From: Octopus bimaculoides | Lineage: Eukaryota | Length of the DNA stretch: 64,000 nucleotides | Reading direction: 5' to 3' | Assembly: GCF_001194135.2 (NCBI RefSeq) | Contig: NC_068987.1 | Coordinates: 47,562,122-47,626,121 of the forward strand | Shown: piece after piece, positions 10,260 to 22,495 of the stretch | How the letters are laid out: each line of letters starts with the position of its first letter | Position numbering within the stretch: position 1 is the stretch's first letter | Made by a program: the position numbers and the translations under genes | Notes under the pieces: model-generated | Seen by the model: only the letters and a program-made list of their open reading frames with translations | What the model was told of the DNA's origin: nothing | Database searches by the model: none

Positions 10260-12570
10260 TTCGCAAATTATTACTTCGAGTTTCATGTAACTGATGTGTC
10301 TGATGGTTGGTTATGTGAAACCGTTTCTGTTCTAATAAAACATGCAAACACATAGAAAGAAAAGCGCACACTTGCTTTCATAAAATGTGAAGTGTTTGTG
10401 CAGTGTGGAAACGTCTGGGTTGAGTTTCCGACATAAGTTACTAGGATGAAGGAATTCGTAAAGTTCTTATTCGACCCATGAACATTTGTCACCCGAAACG
10501 GTGCCATATTTGCAATGTTTACAAGTCATTTTCTTTCTTTTTTTTCACCCCACTTCGCCACCGAATCCTTTTAATTATTAGGAAAACTGTTTCGTTAAAT
10601 CTTACTTCTGTATAATAAAACTTCCAAAAACTGAACAGAAATGTGGCTTACAAAAGTTAACAATGACTTTATTTTTACTCATTCCTACAATCCACGACAG
10701 GCTAGATATAGCAGCCGAATTTTCCCCCGTCACACTATATTTACCTAATACAAGGAAAGAAACACAATGTAGACCTAGATATACAAAAGGACTGGATGGT
10801 CACGACCAGAGTGTATCAATCATTGGTGTATTCAACAAAGCCGGTTGGCGTGAGACAATGAAGGAGCCTTTACGCTCTAATGCAGTCCTCGATAAATTAT
10901 GTTGAAATTAAAATGGGAATCACGACTAGGATATTTTTAAACATAGAGCTGAACTGGGGCTCAACAATTACTCTGAATACTAACAAAGGACCCTAAGTGT
11001 TGTCACTCTCCTTACTAGAAATAATAGCCAAATCTTAACTCACATGCTATCGTTTCAAGAATGGAAGGATAACGTAGTTCTAGATATACTATATTTGACA
11101 AAAATAAACTGGAACGTCTTTGATCATATGGATGAAGGTAAATATTTAACCTACTGAACCAAAAGAAACCCAAAACCAACTGGCTATTTTAGTATTTTAA
11201 GATGAAACGTGATTTACACGATTTTAAGATGAAATGTGATTTACGCGCTTGACCTAAGAAACACGTGTTTCCTAGGTTAGTGCGGTAAAGGAACTGGATC
11301 CCATAAAACAGGGTTGAATAATAATAATAAATACTAAAAAATTCGGATAAATTCCTGAGCCTAAAATGTATACAGAACCAAAGAACAAAAACTGATCTGA
11401 TTTTCATTAGTAAGAAACAGGTATATATATGTACTTCGATTAGAGGTTGTGTTAACCTCATGAAGGGATGGTTTCATCCAAGGAAATAATGGTTCAATAC
11501 CTAATATTTTAAAAACTTGTGACATGCTCAACGAGTTGGATTAAGCATTTAATCCAGAAATTATCAAAATATTCCCAAAAGTTTGAGATGTTTAGATATT
11601 TCAACATACGGCATGTTATGCAGTACCAATGTGTGTGTGTGTATATATATTAGATGTAGATATGTCAATTATTTCATTTGAACGCCAAGCGAAAGCGTTT
11701 AATTATAACCTGATTTACTTACCTGAAAGAAAGCAATATTGCTTACAACAGTAAAAATTTGAACAATGCCTCTGCGGTTTCGAGTCACTGAGACGGTAAA
11801 GCGATCTCATAAGGAACGACAACTGGGGATGTATCCACAGCTGGTACAGATTAGTGATGCGATGGTTGTAAATTTTTATATCTTGTATCAGTTGATCATC
11901 GTTAATTGAAATTATCGTCGTCGTCGGTTTTATCTAGTATCCGAAAATTTAATTTTTTCTTTGCTGATCGCTTCTTTTATGGTAATGGCGTTGATTATGT
12001 AGATCAATTCTTTCATAGACGAGTCGATGACACTGACTGCATGTTGGTAGAGGACGAGGTTGATTTTGCCGAGCCTTTCTCTCCTGTCGTTTGATTTCTT
12101 CCTTTTCTTTTCTGGTTGGTACGGTCTCGGGCTTGTGCCTCGAACGATTTGGGCTTTCAGTGTTGTTTTAAGTTGGACCTTGTATCTTTGAAGAGGGCAA
12201 CCCTGTGGTCTTTTCCCTGAAGTGAGCTCACCCAATAAGACTTGGCATGGGAATCTTGATTCTTCCAGACGGTGTTTCATGACGAGCGATTCGATGTTTT
12301 GACTGTTGGCCCTTTCCAGGATTTTGTTATTGGTCACAAAATATCCTCATTTGATGTTCAAGATTGGACAACGCTTTTACTGGCGAAAGTGTTCTAATTT
12401 TTGGATGTCGCGACGATATAGAGTCCAGGTTTCGCAGTAAGTTGTAAATGTAAACTTTTGCGCAGTCGCATCACCTGCTAGAAATAACAGTTAAATCTCT
12501 CACGAATTAAACTCAACCGCCTTAATAGGGAAAAAAGAACGACATTTTAGAGTAATGTGATCACACGGAA
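10260..12570. promoter_or_regulatory. CpG-retaining, mostly unique region; candidate promoter/first-exon zone
   Basis: CpG is visibly abundant (dozens in 11640-12570) compared with the depleted flanks. Minus-strand donors CAG|GTAAGT at 11723/11722 and GAA|GTAAGA near 10595; plus-strand donor GCA|GTAAGT at 12436/12437. Confidence 0.45.
11980..12450 (-). mobile_element. RTE (BovB-like) LINE, RT C-terminal fragment
   Basis: YCETWTLYRRDIQKLEHFRQ*K..PILNIK*..FVTNNKILERANSQNIESLVMKHRL/EESRFPCQVLLGELTSGKRPQGCPLQRYKVQLKTTLK matches the RTE ETWT..R...LE.FH...LR.IL.I.W.D.VTN..L...GEL..GKR..G.P..RYKD.LK pattern. The RW.GHV.RM segment is deleted. Confidence 0.85.
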
Positions 12571-12576
12571 GGCCTG

Positions 12577-12618
<42 letters not shown>

Positions 12619-12733
12619 TTTTATTTGTTTCAGTCATTTGACTGCGGCCATGCTGGAGCATCATCTTTAGTCGAACAAATCGATCCCAGGACTTATTCTT
12701 TGTAAGCCTAGTACTTATTCTATCGGTCTCTTT

Positions 12734-13313
12734 NNNNNNNNNNNNNNNNNNNNNNNNNNNNNNNNNNNNNNNNNNNNNNNNNNNNNNNNNNNNNNNNNNN
12801 NNNNNNNNNNNNNNNNNNNNNNNNNNNNNNNNNNNNNNNNNNNNNNNNNNNNNNNNNNNNNNNNNNNNNNNNNNNNNNNNNNNNNNNNNNNNNNNNNNNN
12901 NNNNNNNNNNNNNNNNNNNNNNNNNNNNNNNNNNNNNNNNNNNNNNNNNNNNNNNNNNNNNNNNNNNNNNNNNNNNNNNNNNNNNNNNNNNNNNNNNNNN
13001 NNNNNNNNNNNNNNNNNNNNNNNNNNNNNNNNNNNNNNNNNNNNNNNNNNNNNNNNNNNNNNNNNNNNNNNNNNNNNNNNNNNNNNNNNNNNNNNNNNNN
13101 NNNNNNNNNNNNNNNNNNNNNNNNNNNNNNNNNNNNNNNNNNNNNNNNNNNNNNNNNNNNNNNNNNNNNNNNNNNNNNNNNNNNNNNNNNNNNNNNNNNN
13201 NNNNNNNNNNNNNNNNNNNNNNNNNNNNNNNNNNNNNNNNNNNNNNNNNNNNNNNNNNNNNNNNNNNNNNNNNNNNNNNNNNNNNNNNNNNNNNNNNNNN
13301 NNNNNNNNNNNNN
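12734..13313. other. Assembly gap (N run)
   Basis: 580 N. Other gaps: 4526-4535, 39864-40351, 40870-40969, 53458-53493, 55834-56379, mostly next to (TA)n. Confidence 1.
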
Positions 13314-13346
<33 letters not shown>

Positions 13347-13351
13347 AACCA

Positions 13352-14704
13352 TTAACTTTCATCTTTCTGAACAATGTCTATGTTAAATTTCTTTAAAAGT
13401 TCAAGATAGCTTACCCGTTCTGGTATTGTGCTGGTGTTCACTTTCTTGACTCACCACTCAAAGTCCCCATCATAATCCTTTACTCTCAAAAGATACTCTG
13501 GGTCTGCCATCGCACAATGAAAGTACTTGGACAATCCCCTAACTTCTGTTGTATTCACTTTTATCGCTCTGTCCCACGAGTCTATCTCATTATAAAGTTT
13601 TTCATTTTGTTCGTTGTACAGTATAACATATTTTTTTCTCACAGGGCAAGGGTGGGGAAGATTGGGGCTCCCGTGTGCTTGTGCTTGTCTTTGTGTCAGG
13701 TGGGGCAAAGAGAGGGCTGGTGTTTGTAGGAGGAGGTTGGAGTAGAGTGGGTGTGGGATGGGGGTCATCATTTACAAAGTGTGCTTTTTTCCTTCTCTTC
13801 TTTTTTTCCAGCCGTTTCCCATCTATTCTTTTCCACATTCATCTTTTCCTCAGGGCTGGTACTGTTTTTTGTCGGTGGTGAAGTCGAGATTTCCTCCATG
13901 CTCTCGGGTTTCTCTTTAGTCTTCACGGGTGGTGGAGGACAGCCCGCTCTAATGTGCTCTTTCAGGCCACATTCATAGCATCGCAGTATCCTGCCTTCAA
14001 CTTTGACCCTGAGTGTCACCTCTTCGACCGTGATGGTCTCGACCATGTTTTCAAGGTCTTCTCGGGCCACCTGGATTATCATATCTAGGCTCTGCCCTTG
14101 CCAGTTCTTATGGGGCGTTCTGGTTGCCTGGAGGACCACTACCTTCTCTTCCGTGCCCAGCAGTATGGCAGCTGCTACCCAGGCTACATCAATTTCTGGG
14201 GGTATATCTTCTACCCTAACCCTGGAAGCACGCTTACCAAGGTATATGGGTAGAAGCACCACTTCATCCGTTTTTAAGGATGCTGCCGAGTGCAGCCTAG
14301 CAGTAGCTACCTCATGGAACTGCACCTCCACTGTTCCAAACTTTCTTCCTCTGGCAAGGTAAGAAATCCCTTGCCAGATTGGTTTTAATGCCTTTTCGAC
14401 TTGAGTGGTTGACATGATTTCAATTTTCCTTGTTGTTGCTGAGTACGTCCTGTAAATGTTTTTTTTTCCTACATTTTCTTTTAAAACTTCTTGGGGTAGG
14501 GACACTTTTATGTCGTTCCCCTCCCTTTTAAGCATTTCTTTGAATCTACTCAACTCCTCCAGACACATGTCTTCGCTTTTTCTCTTTCACCACTTCTGCA
14601 TAATTCTTCACCTCCATTGCTTCGTCTATTTTCTTCAGACTTTTAACCAGCTCTTCCCCAGACAACGTAAAGTCTGAAGAAGAACTCAAACCTTCGTATT
14701 CCAT
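13352..14704 (-). pseudogene. L1/Tx1-clade LINE ORF1 (gag-like, CCHC zinc knuckle) with frameshifts in A-runs and one premature stop
   Basis: Starts MEYEGLSSSSDFTLSGEELVKSLKK at ATG 14704. A frameshift near 14575 leads into the 266-aa ORF with CYECGLKEHIRAGC (CX2CX4HX4C). Further shifts near 13800 and 13640, TGA at 13453, terminal TAA at 13354-13352. Confidence 0.8.
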
Positions 14705-15008
14705 TACGAAGGCACGAACCTATGATCAGGGCTGGCCTTAAGCTGAATGGACCAATTGCTCCCGATTGGACCCCGCGCTCAAAAGGGCCACATTCTATAC
14801 TGTGACATATCATAAAGGTAGTTTCCCTGGTTGGGTTGCATCTTGGCGTGCAATAGAGCAAGAGACAAATTGCGCCAGTACCAACCAATCAGAGTAGTGA
14901 ACATAATAGGGTCCAAAGGTGCGGCCAAAGGCTAGCTGTTATCTACTACATCCGTATTTATGTATATATAACAGAGACAGAGAGGTTTCCTTTAGGCGTA
15001 CGCTACAT

Positions 15009-15455
15009 GCCTAAAGTTATCTATTACGTCCCCCTTGTTTGGATCTTTCTTCAGAAGCGTTACGGCTCCTCGGCTCACAAAACCGGGGATGCTCCTGTTT
15101 TGCTGCCAGTTGCAGTACACTGCTGTCAAAACGTTTCCAAACAAGTCTGGCATACAACTGTGAAGCTCGTAGGGTAGACCATCCTGACTCAGTGATTTGT
15201 CCCTCAAGCATTCTGCCAGCGCATCCTGCACTTCTGCCACCGTGATGGCACCTTCGCAGCACCTTGCCTCTCTTGCCGAGAGTTGTGGCAAGCTGTGCAG
15301 GTAGGCACTGAAGTCCACCCTGCGTTCTCGCTTGCCACTGGTCCCGAACAGCTGGGCAAAATGCTGCTGAAAGGCCTCACACATTTTACTTGGCTCGAGT
15401 AATTCGCGCCCTTGTTACCAGAGAACGAACGGTGGCTTTGTTGCCACACACACAG
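15009..15455 (-). pseudogene. L1/Tx1-clade ORF2 internal fragment (linker plus start of RT)
   Basis: GNKATVRSLV/QGRELLEPSKMCEAFQQHFAQLF...DKSLSQDGLPYEL...IPGFVSRGAVTLLKKDPNKGDVIDNFR matches KSPG.DGLP.E...G.VTL..K......N(Y/F)RPI. Confidence 0.85.
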
Positions 15456-16121
15456 GCTTTTAACTTAGAACAAGTGGATGGACAAAATGCTCCTATGCAT
15501 TTCACCCAGTATGCTAGCAATTCTGTACACTCACAATGATTATAAGAACACCACAACAAACCACAGCACATACCGAAGGCACACAGAGCTGCACTCATCA
15601 GTGCAGCGAAAGCACATGATAAAAATAAGACTACTGAATAATAATAATAACAACAACAACAGCTCCAAATGAAATAAAGAAAATAAACTTCCCATACTCC
15701 ACTCTGCTTATCAAGGTGTATATTTAGATTATCCCTGTCTAATAGTATTGATTAATCAATAACATTTATGCTTTCATTATTTCTTTCCTTTATCCTTAAA
15801 CAACTCTCAAATAAATTTGGATTAATCTGGTCGTATGACTGAACTGAAAGGTGAAAAATCTGATTAAAAAATACCTTAATGACTCATGATAATAATGACA
15901 GTAGTAATAACATAATACTAGCAGACAACTTGTTTTGTGTGATGATAATTAAAATTTAAATAGCTATATTTTGAGGATATTATTAGTTGAAATTTTTGTT
16001 TAAAAATGGTCAGCTCAGTAGTAGTAGTAGTAGTAGAAATGATAAAATAATAATAGCAACAATATTGATGATGGCAGTGGTGGTGGTGATAAGATGATGA
16101 TGATGATGACATTTTATTTCA

Positions 16122-16350
16122 ACAAGGATAACAGTAGGGGGGGTTACAATGACAAATTACAAATTGGTGGTGGTTTTACATTGAATGTGATAAGAAAAAA
16201 CAAATAAATAAATAAAATGATAGGAAAATTATTGTGTGTCTCAATAAGAAGACCAACTAGAGAATCCCACAGATAACAGATTATCCTGATTGCTAAGGGT
16301 AAGCGCACTCTTCTAATTGTTACCTCCAGCCTACAACTTCATGTTCAGAG
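16122..16350 (-). mobile_element. Probable LINE 3' end with AATAAA and (ATC)n tail
   Basis: Minus strand ends ...ttgtaatttgtcattgtaaccccccc...gttgaaataaaatgtcatcatc. A related copy lies at about 22030-22250. Confidence 0.4.
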
Positions 16351-16357
16351 TTAACTA

Positions 16358-17612
16358 CGAGGATGAACTGAAAAGTTCATATTCTGATTATGAAAGAGTG
16401 ATGTTAGAGCTGTGAAATTTTGCATGCATTAATTTTTAGCTCTTCTTATTAATAACTGCATTGTTTCTTTCCAGGTAAACTGACATCTGACTGTTCAAGG
16501 AAGACTTCAAAGTAACTAGTGGTAACAAAATTTAGCATTGTGCTATTATCAAGTACCTACAGAAAATGAGTTTAATTCCCAAATACATTCATGCTGATAT
16601 GGTCGCTAAATTAGGGAATGATGTTCCAGCTTTATGAACACTACAAAAGTGCACAGCTGAATTTAGGAGGGTAAAGTATAGTTTTGAAGATGACCTAAGG
16701 TCTGGACATTCTGCAACTGCCAGCACTGAGGAAAACATTGATCGTGTTCATCATATAGTAATGGATGACAGATGATTCACTATAAATCAAATAGCCAATG
16801 CTATTAACATATCCCATGAGAGACCTGAAAATATTCTGCACAATGAACTTGCCATGACAAAAGTTTCTGTTTGGTGAGTGCCATGTCTTCTGACACTTGA
16901 TCAAAAGTGCACCAGGCTGATTACATCACAGGAGAATCTGACATTGTTTGAGGCAGATCCAGCTGGTTTCCCTGAATGTTTCGTAACCCAGGATGAGTAT
17001 TGGGTTCATCACTTTGAACGAGAGACAAAGAGACCATCCATGCAGTAGAAATAGTAGGCCAAGGTTGTTTCATTTGCAGAGAAGGTGATGGATTCAATTT
17101 TTGGAATGCAAAAGGTATTGTGTTTATTGACTATCTTCAAAAGGGCCACACTATCAATGGAGGATACTATGCCAACTTACTGAGGCAGTTAAGAAAGGTT
17201 ATCAAGATCAAATGCCAAGGAAAACTGATGAAAGGGGTCTTGTTCCATCAGGACAGTGCTTCAGCACACAAGTCCTTGCTTTCAATGGCTGCTGTGTCTG
17301 ACTGGCATTGAACTGGTTGACCCCAGCTCCCTATTCTCCTGATTTGACCCCATTTGACAATCATCTGTCCCTCAACATGAAAAAACATTTGGCTAGGAAT
17401 CAGTATCACAGTTATGATGACATCTTATCTACTGTTGATGACTTTTCTAACCAATTGGATACAGGCTTATTCATCAATAGGATCCAAACACTGTATCACA
17501 GATCGAAGAATTATGTGGACCACAAAGGGGACTATGTTGCAATATAAACCTCATTTGGTCACATTCTGTGAGAGTATCTTGGTCAATCTATAAACTTTTC
17601 AGCCGATCCTTG
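16358..17612 (+). mobile_element. Near full-length, decayed mariner (DD34D-type) transposon
   Basis: TA at 16356-57 and 17613-14. TIRs cgaggatgaactgaaaagttc / aacttttcagccgatccttg. Transposase pieces FEDDLRSG, VLFHQDSASAH and PYSPDLTPFD..L...MKKHL...GDYVAI*, with stops, frameshifts and small deletions. Confidence 0.92.
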
Positions 17613-17960
17613 TATTTCTTTTTCTATATTCCCTTTTCTCATTAAGTGTCTCTTGAAGAAGTTGATGATGGCTTAACTAGAATCTCCCAGAGAATGTTAT
17701 CACTTCTGTCTGTCACTAACCCTCTATAGAACATCCTCTTTGAAACACAGACATAATATATTTTCTTTGCTCTCCCTTGGATTAGATACCACAATAAAGA
17801 GACACTGCTTGGTTATACAAAAGACACCGAACTAATTTTTTTCTGGGAATCATGTTAAGTCTAAAAATTTGTGTTGTGACAGAGATGAGATTAACCTTCG
17901 TACAACTACAAAATGAATGAGTTAAAATATTTGTTTCAGTGCAAGTCCTGTTATCACTAT

Positions 17961-18168
17961 CTTTTATCATTTAATTGTTTCAGTCATTAAACTGTGACCA
18001 TGCTAGGGCACTGCCCAGAAAGAATTTTTTTAGTTCAATGAATCAACCCTAGTACTTATTCTTTAGTCTCTTTTGCCGAACCACTAAGTTACAGGGATGT
18101 GAACACATCAACAGTAGTTGTCAAGTGATGGTGGGGGACAAACAGACACAAACACACACACACACACA

Positions 18169-18214
<46 letters not shown>

Positions 18215-18385
18215 CACACACACATGTGATAGCTTCTTTCAGTTTCCATCTACCAAATCCACTCACAAGGCTTTGGTTGGCCCAAGGTTATAGTAGAAGA
18301 CACTTGCCCAAGGTGCCACGCAGTACAACTAAACCTGGAACCATGTGATTGGGAAGCAAACTTCTTACCACACAGCCACACCTGG
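17961..18385 (-). mobile_element. CORE-type (OR2-like) SINE
   Basis: Reverse complement of the 4434-4882 family with an internal (CA)n. Other copies lie near 12618-12733, 35578-35925, 36660-37050 and 40640-40870. Confidence 0.8.
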
Positions 18386-19364
18386 GCTATTCAAAACATT
18401 TCTTTTATCTATTAGATATACATTATTTTCTTCTTGTTCATTCTGTGGTATAATTTGCTTTTGTGCTATCTCTCTTGCCCTGTTAGCGACTGTATTATTT
18501 TACATTGTACTGAGGTTACATTTGGTAGATATTTTGAATGTGAAATGTAGTAAAAATATGTAAGCAAATAAAATTTGTTAAAACCAACCTTTTTTGCTTC
18601 TTTTGGAGTATCAAGTAAGGCTTAAACCATCCTCATGTAATTAAAATCCTGTTTGGCAAGTGCTCTAAAGAAATTTTCATTTGGTAAAACTTGAATAAGG
18701 TTGTGTTTCAAAGAGAAAACAAGGAAAGAAAGTGTTTATTTTACAAGAGTCACTAATAATGATAATCCGTTCTGCTATAGGCACAAGGCCTGAAATTTGA
18801 GGTGAGGGGGCAAGTTGATTACATTGATCTCAGTGCTTGACACCTTTTGTTGTTGATGATGATGATGATGATGACCTCTCCTGTCTAAGACAATGTATGA
18901 GCATTCAGTTTTTGCTGAACGACTGGCACAAATGATTTGTTAATAATTATCATATGTATGTGTCGTACATTAGTTCACTCTCTCCATCAACTTGATGTTA
19001 TCTGGACAAGTGCATGGTGTACCATGCATCAGGTGTCAAGGTGATTGCAGAACAATGTGAAATAAAGTGTTTTGCTCAAGAAAATAACGCACCACCTGAT
19101 CTAGGAATTGAAACAATGATCTTGTGATCGTGAATGCAACACCCCAATAATGATTTCAATTTTTGGTACAAGGCCAGCAGTTTTGAGGGGAGGGGTAAAG
19201 TCGATTAAACTCACCCCAGTGCTCAACTGGTACTTATTTTACAGGCCACAAAAGGATGAAAGGCAAAGTCAACCTCAGTGGAATTTGAACTCAGAACGTA
19301 AGGGTGGACAAAATGCTGCAAAGCATTTTGCCCAGTGTGCTAACGATTCTGTCAGCTCACTGCC

Positions 19365-19414
<50 letters not shown>

Positions 19415-20279
19415 TCTCTTTATTGTTCACAGTAAATATTTCCTTCTTTATTGTAGACACACAATACAAAACCTGTTATAAAAATGGGTTATAAAACAGA
19501 CAAATGTATTAAAACAGGTTTAAAATTTAGTTACTCAAAACAAAAGTGACCCATACACTGAGGAATAAAAAAGCCTTCATCTAAGAAGGATCAAGGTATC
19601 CCACAGCTCAGGTCACTCTCCAATCAACCACCCTCAGCAAAATGAGTCCTCTTAATTTGCCTGTGAACATCTTCAAGTTTCAGTGAACTGTGATGCCTTT
19701 CATTTATTGTGGTTTGTTAACTATATTTAGATTTGTAACGTTTTTACTGATAGCACTGTGTAACAAATTTATTATAATATTTTTTTGGTGTCTTTGGTCA
19801 GTAAGTGTCATTTTTTATTTGCTTCAATCTAAGAATTAAAGGAAATGACAGCTATTCCCTTCAAATTTTGCTTTTGTGACCTGGACATCAATGATTTGAA
19901 ACTGAACTATTTTCTATTACATTTCAGACAGATTCAGCACTGAGTTGCTGCAGCAGAAATTTTGTTATAACAAATATTCTGCTCAATACCACAGATTTTC
20001 TTGTTAGTTGCTTGACCTTAATTACTTGAGCCTGTCTGTTTGTGGCTGACTATATGTGCATCTCTGATCATGAGCAGGAGCAGTGGTGGGAGCATCATAG
20101 CCATGTGTTGAGAGGGATTCTTTGGGGTTTGAATAAATGTAACAAAAGCAAAGTTTGAAGGTAATATTAGCAGTTTTTCGTACTTTCTAGGGGTAAGCAA
20201 TTAGGAAATAACAGTTGCTATCCAAGGACAAAAATCATGTTACACAGAGTAGTCATTAAATTGTTAGGTAGCACCTGTC

Positions 20280-21510
20280 ATCTGCTGCCATGAAATTGTT
20301 AGACATCACCTGTCAACTACTCTCTAGTCAGTCTTACTAGCTGCATCACCAAACTGATGGAATCCTGTGTCAGGGAAACACTCTGGAACTTTGGGAATTC
20401 TCATAGCCTTATTCAACCCTCACAATTTGGATTTATCCCTAACTCCAGCTGTTGTGGCCAACTCATCAAGTTTCTTGAAGACAACACCTGAATCACTGAT
20501 GGCAGCTCATAAGTGGATGTTATCTATCTTGAATTTGCTAAAGTCTTCAATTCAGTACCATATAAACGACTTATGGTAAAATTCTCTGCAATGGGAGTGA
20601 AAGATGATCTTTATAACTGGTTGAACTCCTTCATTCTTGGTCAAGAAGAGGTAGTCATGGTTTTATGACAACATTCTTCACCCTATGAGATGGCATCTAG
20701 TGTACCATAGATGTTCGTTCTTAGACACAGCTTGAAGAATTAATGACACAGATGCCAGCTTGAAGAATGTTACAGTGCTGAAATATGCAGATGACACCAA
20801 GCTGTAACTTGAGATAAAAAGAACAGATCCTATATGCTATAGATCTTTCCTACAATCAGATCTGGATACAGTACAGCAATAGATTAGTGATAGGCAACTC
20901 AAGTTAGCTGTGGGACAAGTGTACCACCCTGCATTTTGGGAGGAAAAACCTAGCTTTTACATACTCCCTGTACAACACCAATCTTAAGAAATCTGCTAAT
21001 GAATGTTATCTGGGCATTATTGTTAACAACAATTTGTATTGGACAAACCACATCTCTAAAATTGTCAAAAAGGCCAAGGGTGTCTTAGCATCTCTCAGTA
21101 AGACCTTTGTCAGCTACTCTTATGGCTATGGTATGTCCATACTTAGAGTTTGCATCACCAGTCTGGAACCCCTGTTTTGCTCAGCATATCGATCTCCTGA
21201 AAACCGTTCAGAAACTTGCAACCAGATGAACACCCGCCATCAGACATCTACCATACTCTGAATGTCTTGCTTCCCTTGGCATGGACACACCAAAGCTCCA
21301 ACATATGGTAACTAATGTGGTAGACATCCACAAGCTTATCCACCATCTTTCCAACAACAACCTTTGGACACCTTTTTGAATTCCATTTGTCTTAACACTC
21401 ATGGACATACTTACAAAATCAAAAAGCAACACAGACCCACGACTTTCAGAAACATTTTTTGATGGTCAGGATTGCTGAAGTATGGAATAAACTACCTGCA
21501 TCAGTATTTG
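20280..21510 (+). mobile_element. CR1-clade LINE reverse-transcriptase fragment, decayed
   Basis: QPSQFGFIPNSSCCGQLI, VDVIYLEFAKVFNSVPYKRL, KYADDTKL and a terminal WNKLPASV...TASFK; many stops. Confidence 0.85.
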
Positions 21511-22275
21511 GCTGTCAGGACACTGCATCCTTCAAAACTTCCATGTTTCCTGAAATTCACCACTTTGCCACCCCCCATTTTTTAAAATTAACTGCCCCCC
21601 CCCGGTTTTTTTTTAATTAACAGCTCATTTACTTTTGGCTTCCTGTGCACTATTCTATGTACTGCTCATATACTTTTGACTACTTTTTCTGCTGAGTTGT
21701 AGTGCACCTGAGCACTGTATACAATAACTTCATTCATTCATAACTTCTTCAGTTCATTAATCAGTACAATATTACCTTCATTCTCATTCAGTTTATTTGG
21801 ATCTTCCAATAGGTTCTTAGTACAGATTTAGACAACTGTGAAGTTCACACTCTCCACGGGGTTATGTGCTTCTTAATGAAGATTTCTAACATATGACATG
21901 CCTATTCTCTGGGCACATTCATTCTTATTTTCTTTTCCTTTATTTTTATCTTTCCCCAGTCTCCATCTCTTCCTCATCACCACAAAATGAGGTAAAGTCA
22001 ACCTTAGCAGGAACTCAGAATGAAATGATAATGATTTATTTTATTACCACAAGGGAGATGGAGGACATTACAAATTACAAAATGATGTGGGTGGGAGTTA
22101 GACTGAATGTGAAAAGCAACAACAAATAGAAACAAATAAATATGATATAAAAATTATTGTATATGTGTCCTAAAAATGAGGAAAAAATTACCAAAAGTCA
22201 CCCAGGAAATTCTGCAGATTAAAGAGTTAGTTCACTCTCCAAGCTGTGGTCTCCAGTCTACACCTGAATGTTTAA

Positions 22276-22495
22276 TCCTCTAGCTTCCAGACTACTCTGT
22301 TAAATGTAATGCATATTTATTCACATTGTTTTGAATTGACCATGCATTATCTCGCATCTTTGAGATTTTGGTGATGTGGTTATTTATTTTTAGAATCACA
22401 TTGTAGGATAGGTGGGAGAGGTGGGATATAGCCAGTCTGAACATAAAATAGGTAGAATATTTGGGCCAATTATGGCCAGTTTAAATGCTAAAGGA
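22276..22495. mobile_element. TTAA-flanked piggyBac-type MITE (second family)
   Basis: TTAA at 22272-75 and 22496-99, imperfect TIRs tcctctagc / gctaaagga. A related copy lies at about 39450-39660. Confidence 0.6.

Noticed and set aside
12715-13374. Long ORFs spanning N runs (also at 40.7-41.1, 53.3-53.6 and 55.75-56.45 kb)
   Set aside because: Artefacts of translating gaps and (TA)n.
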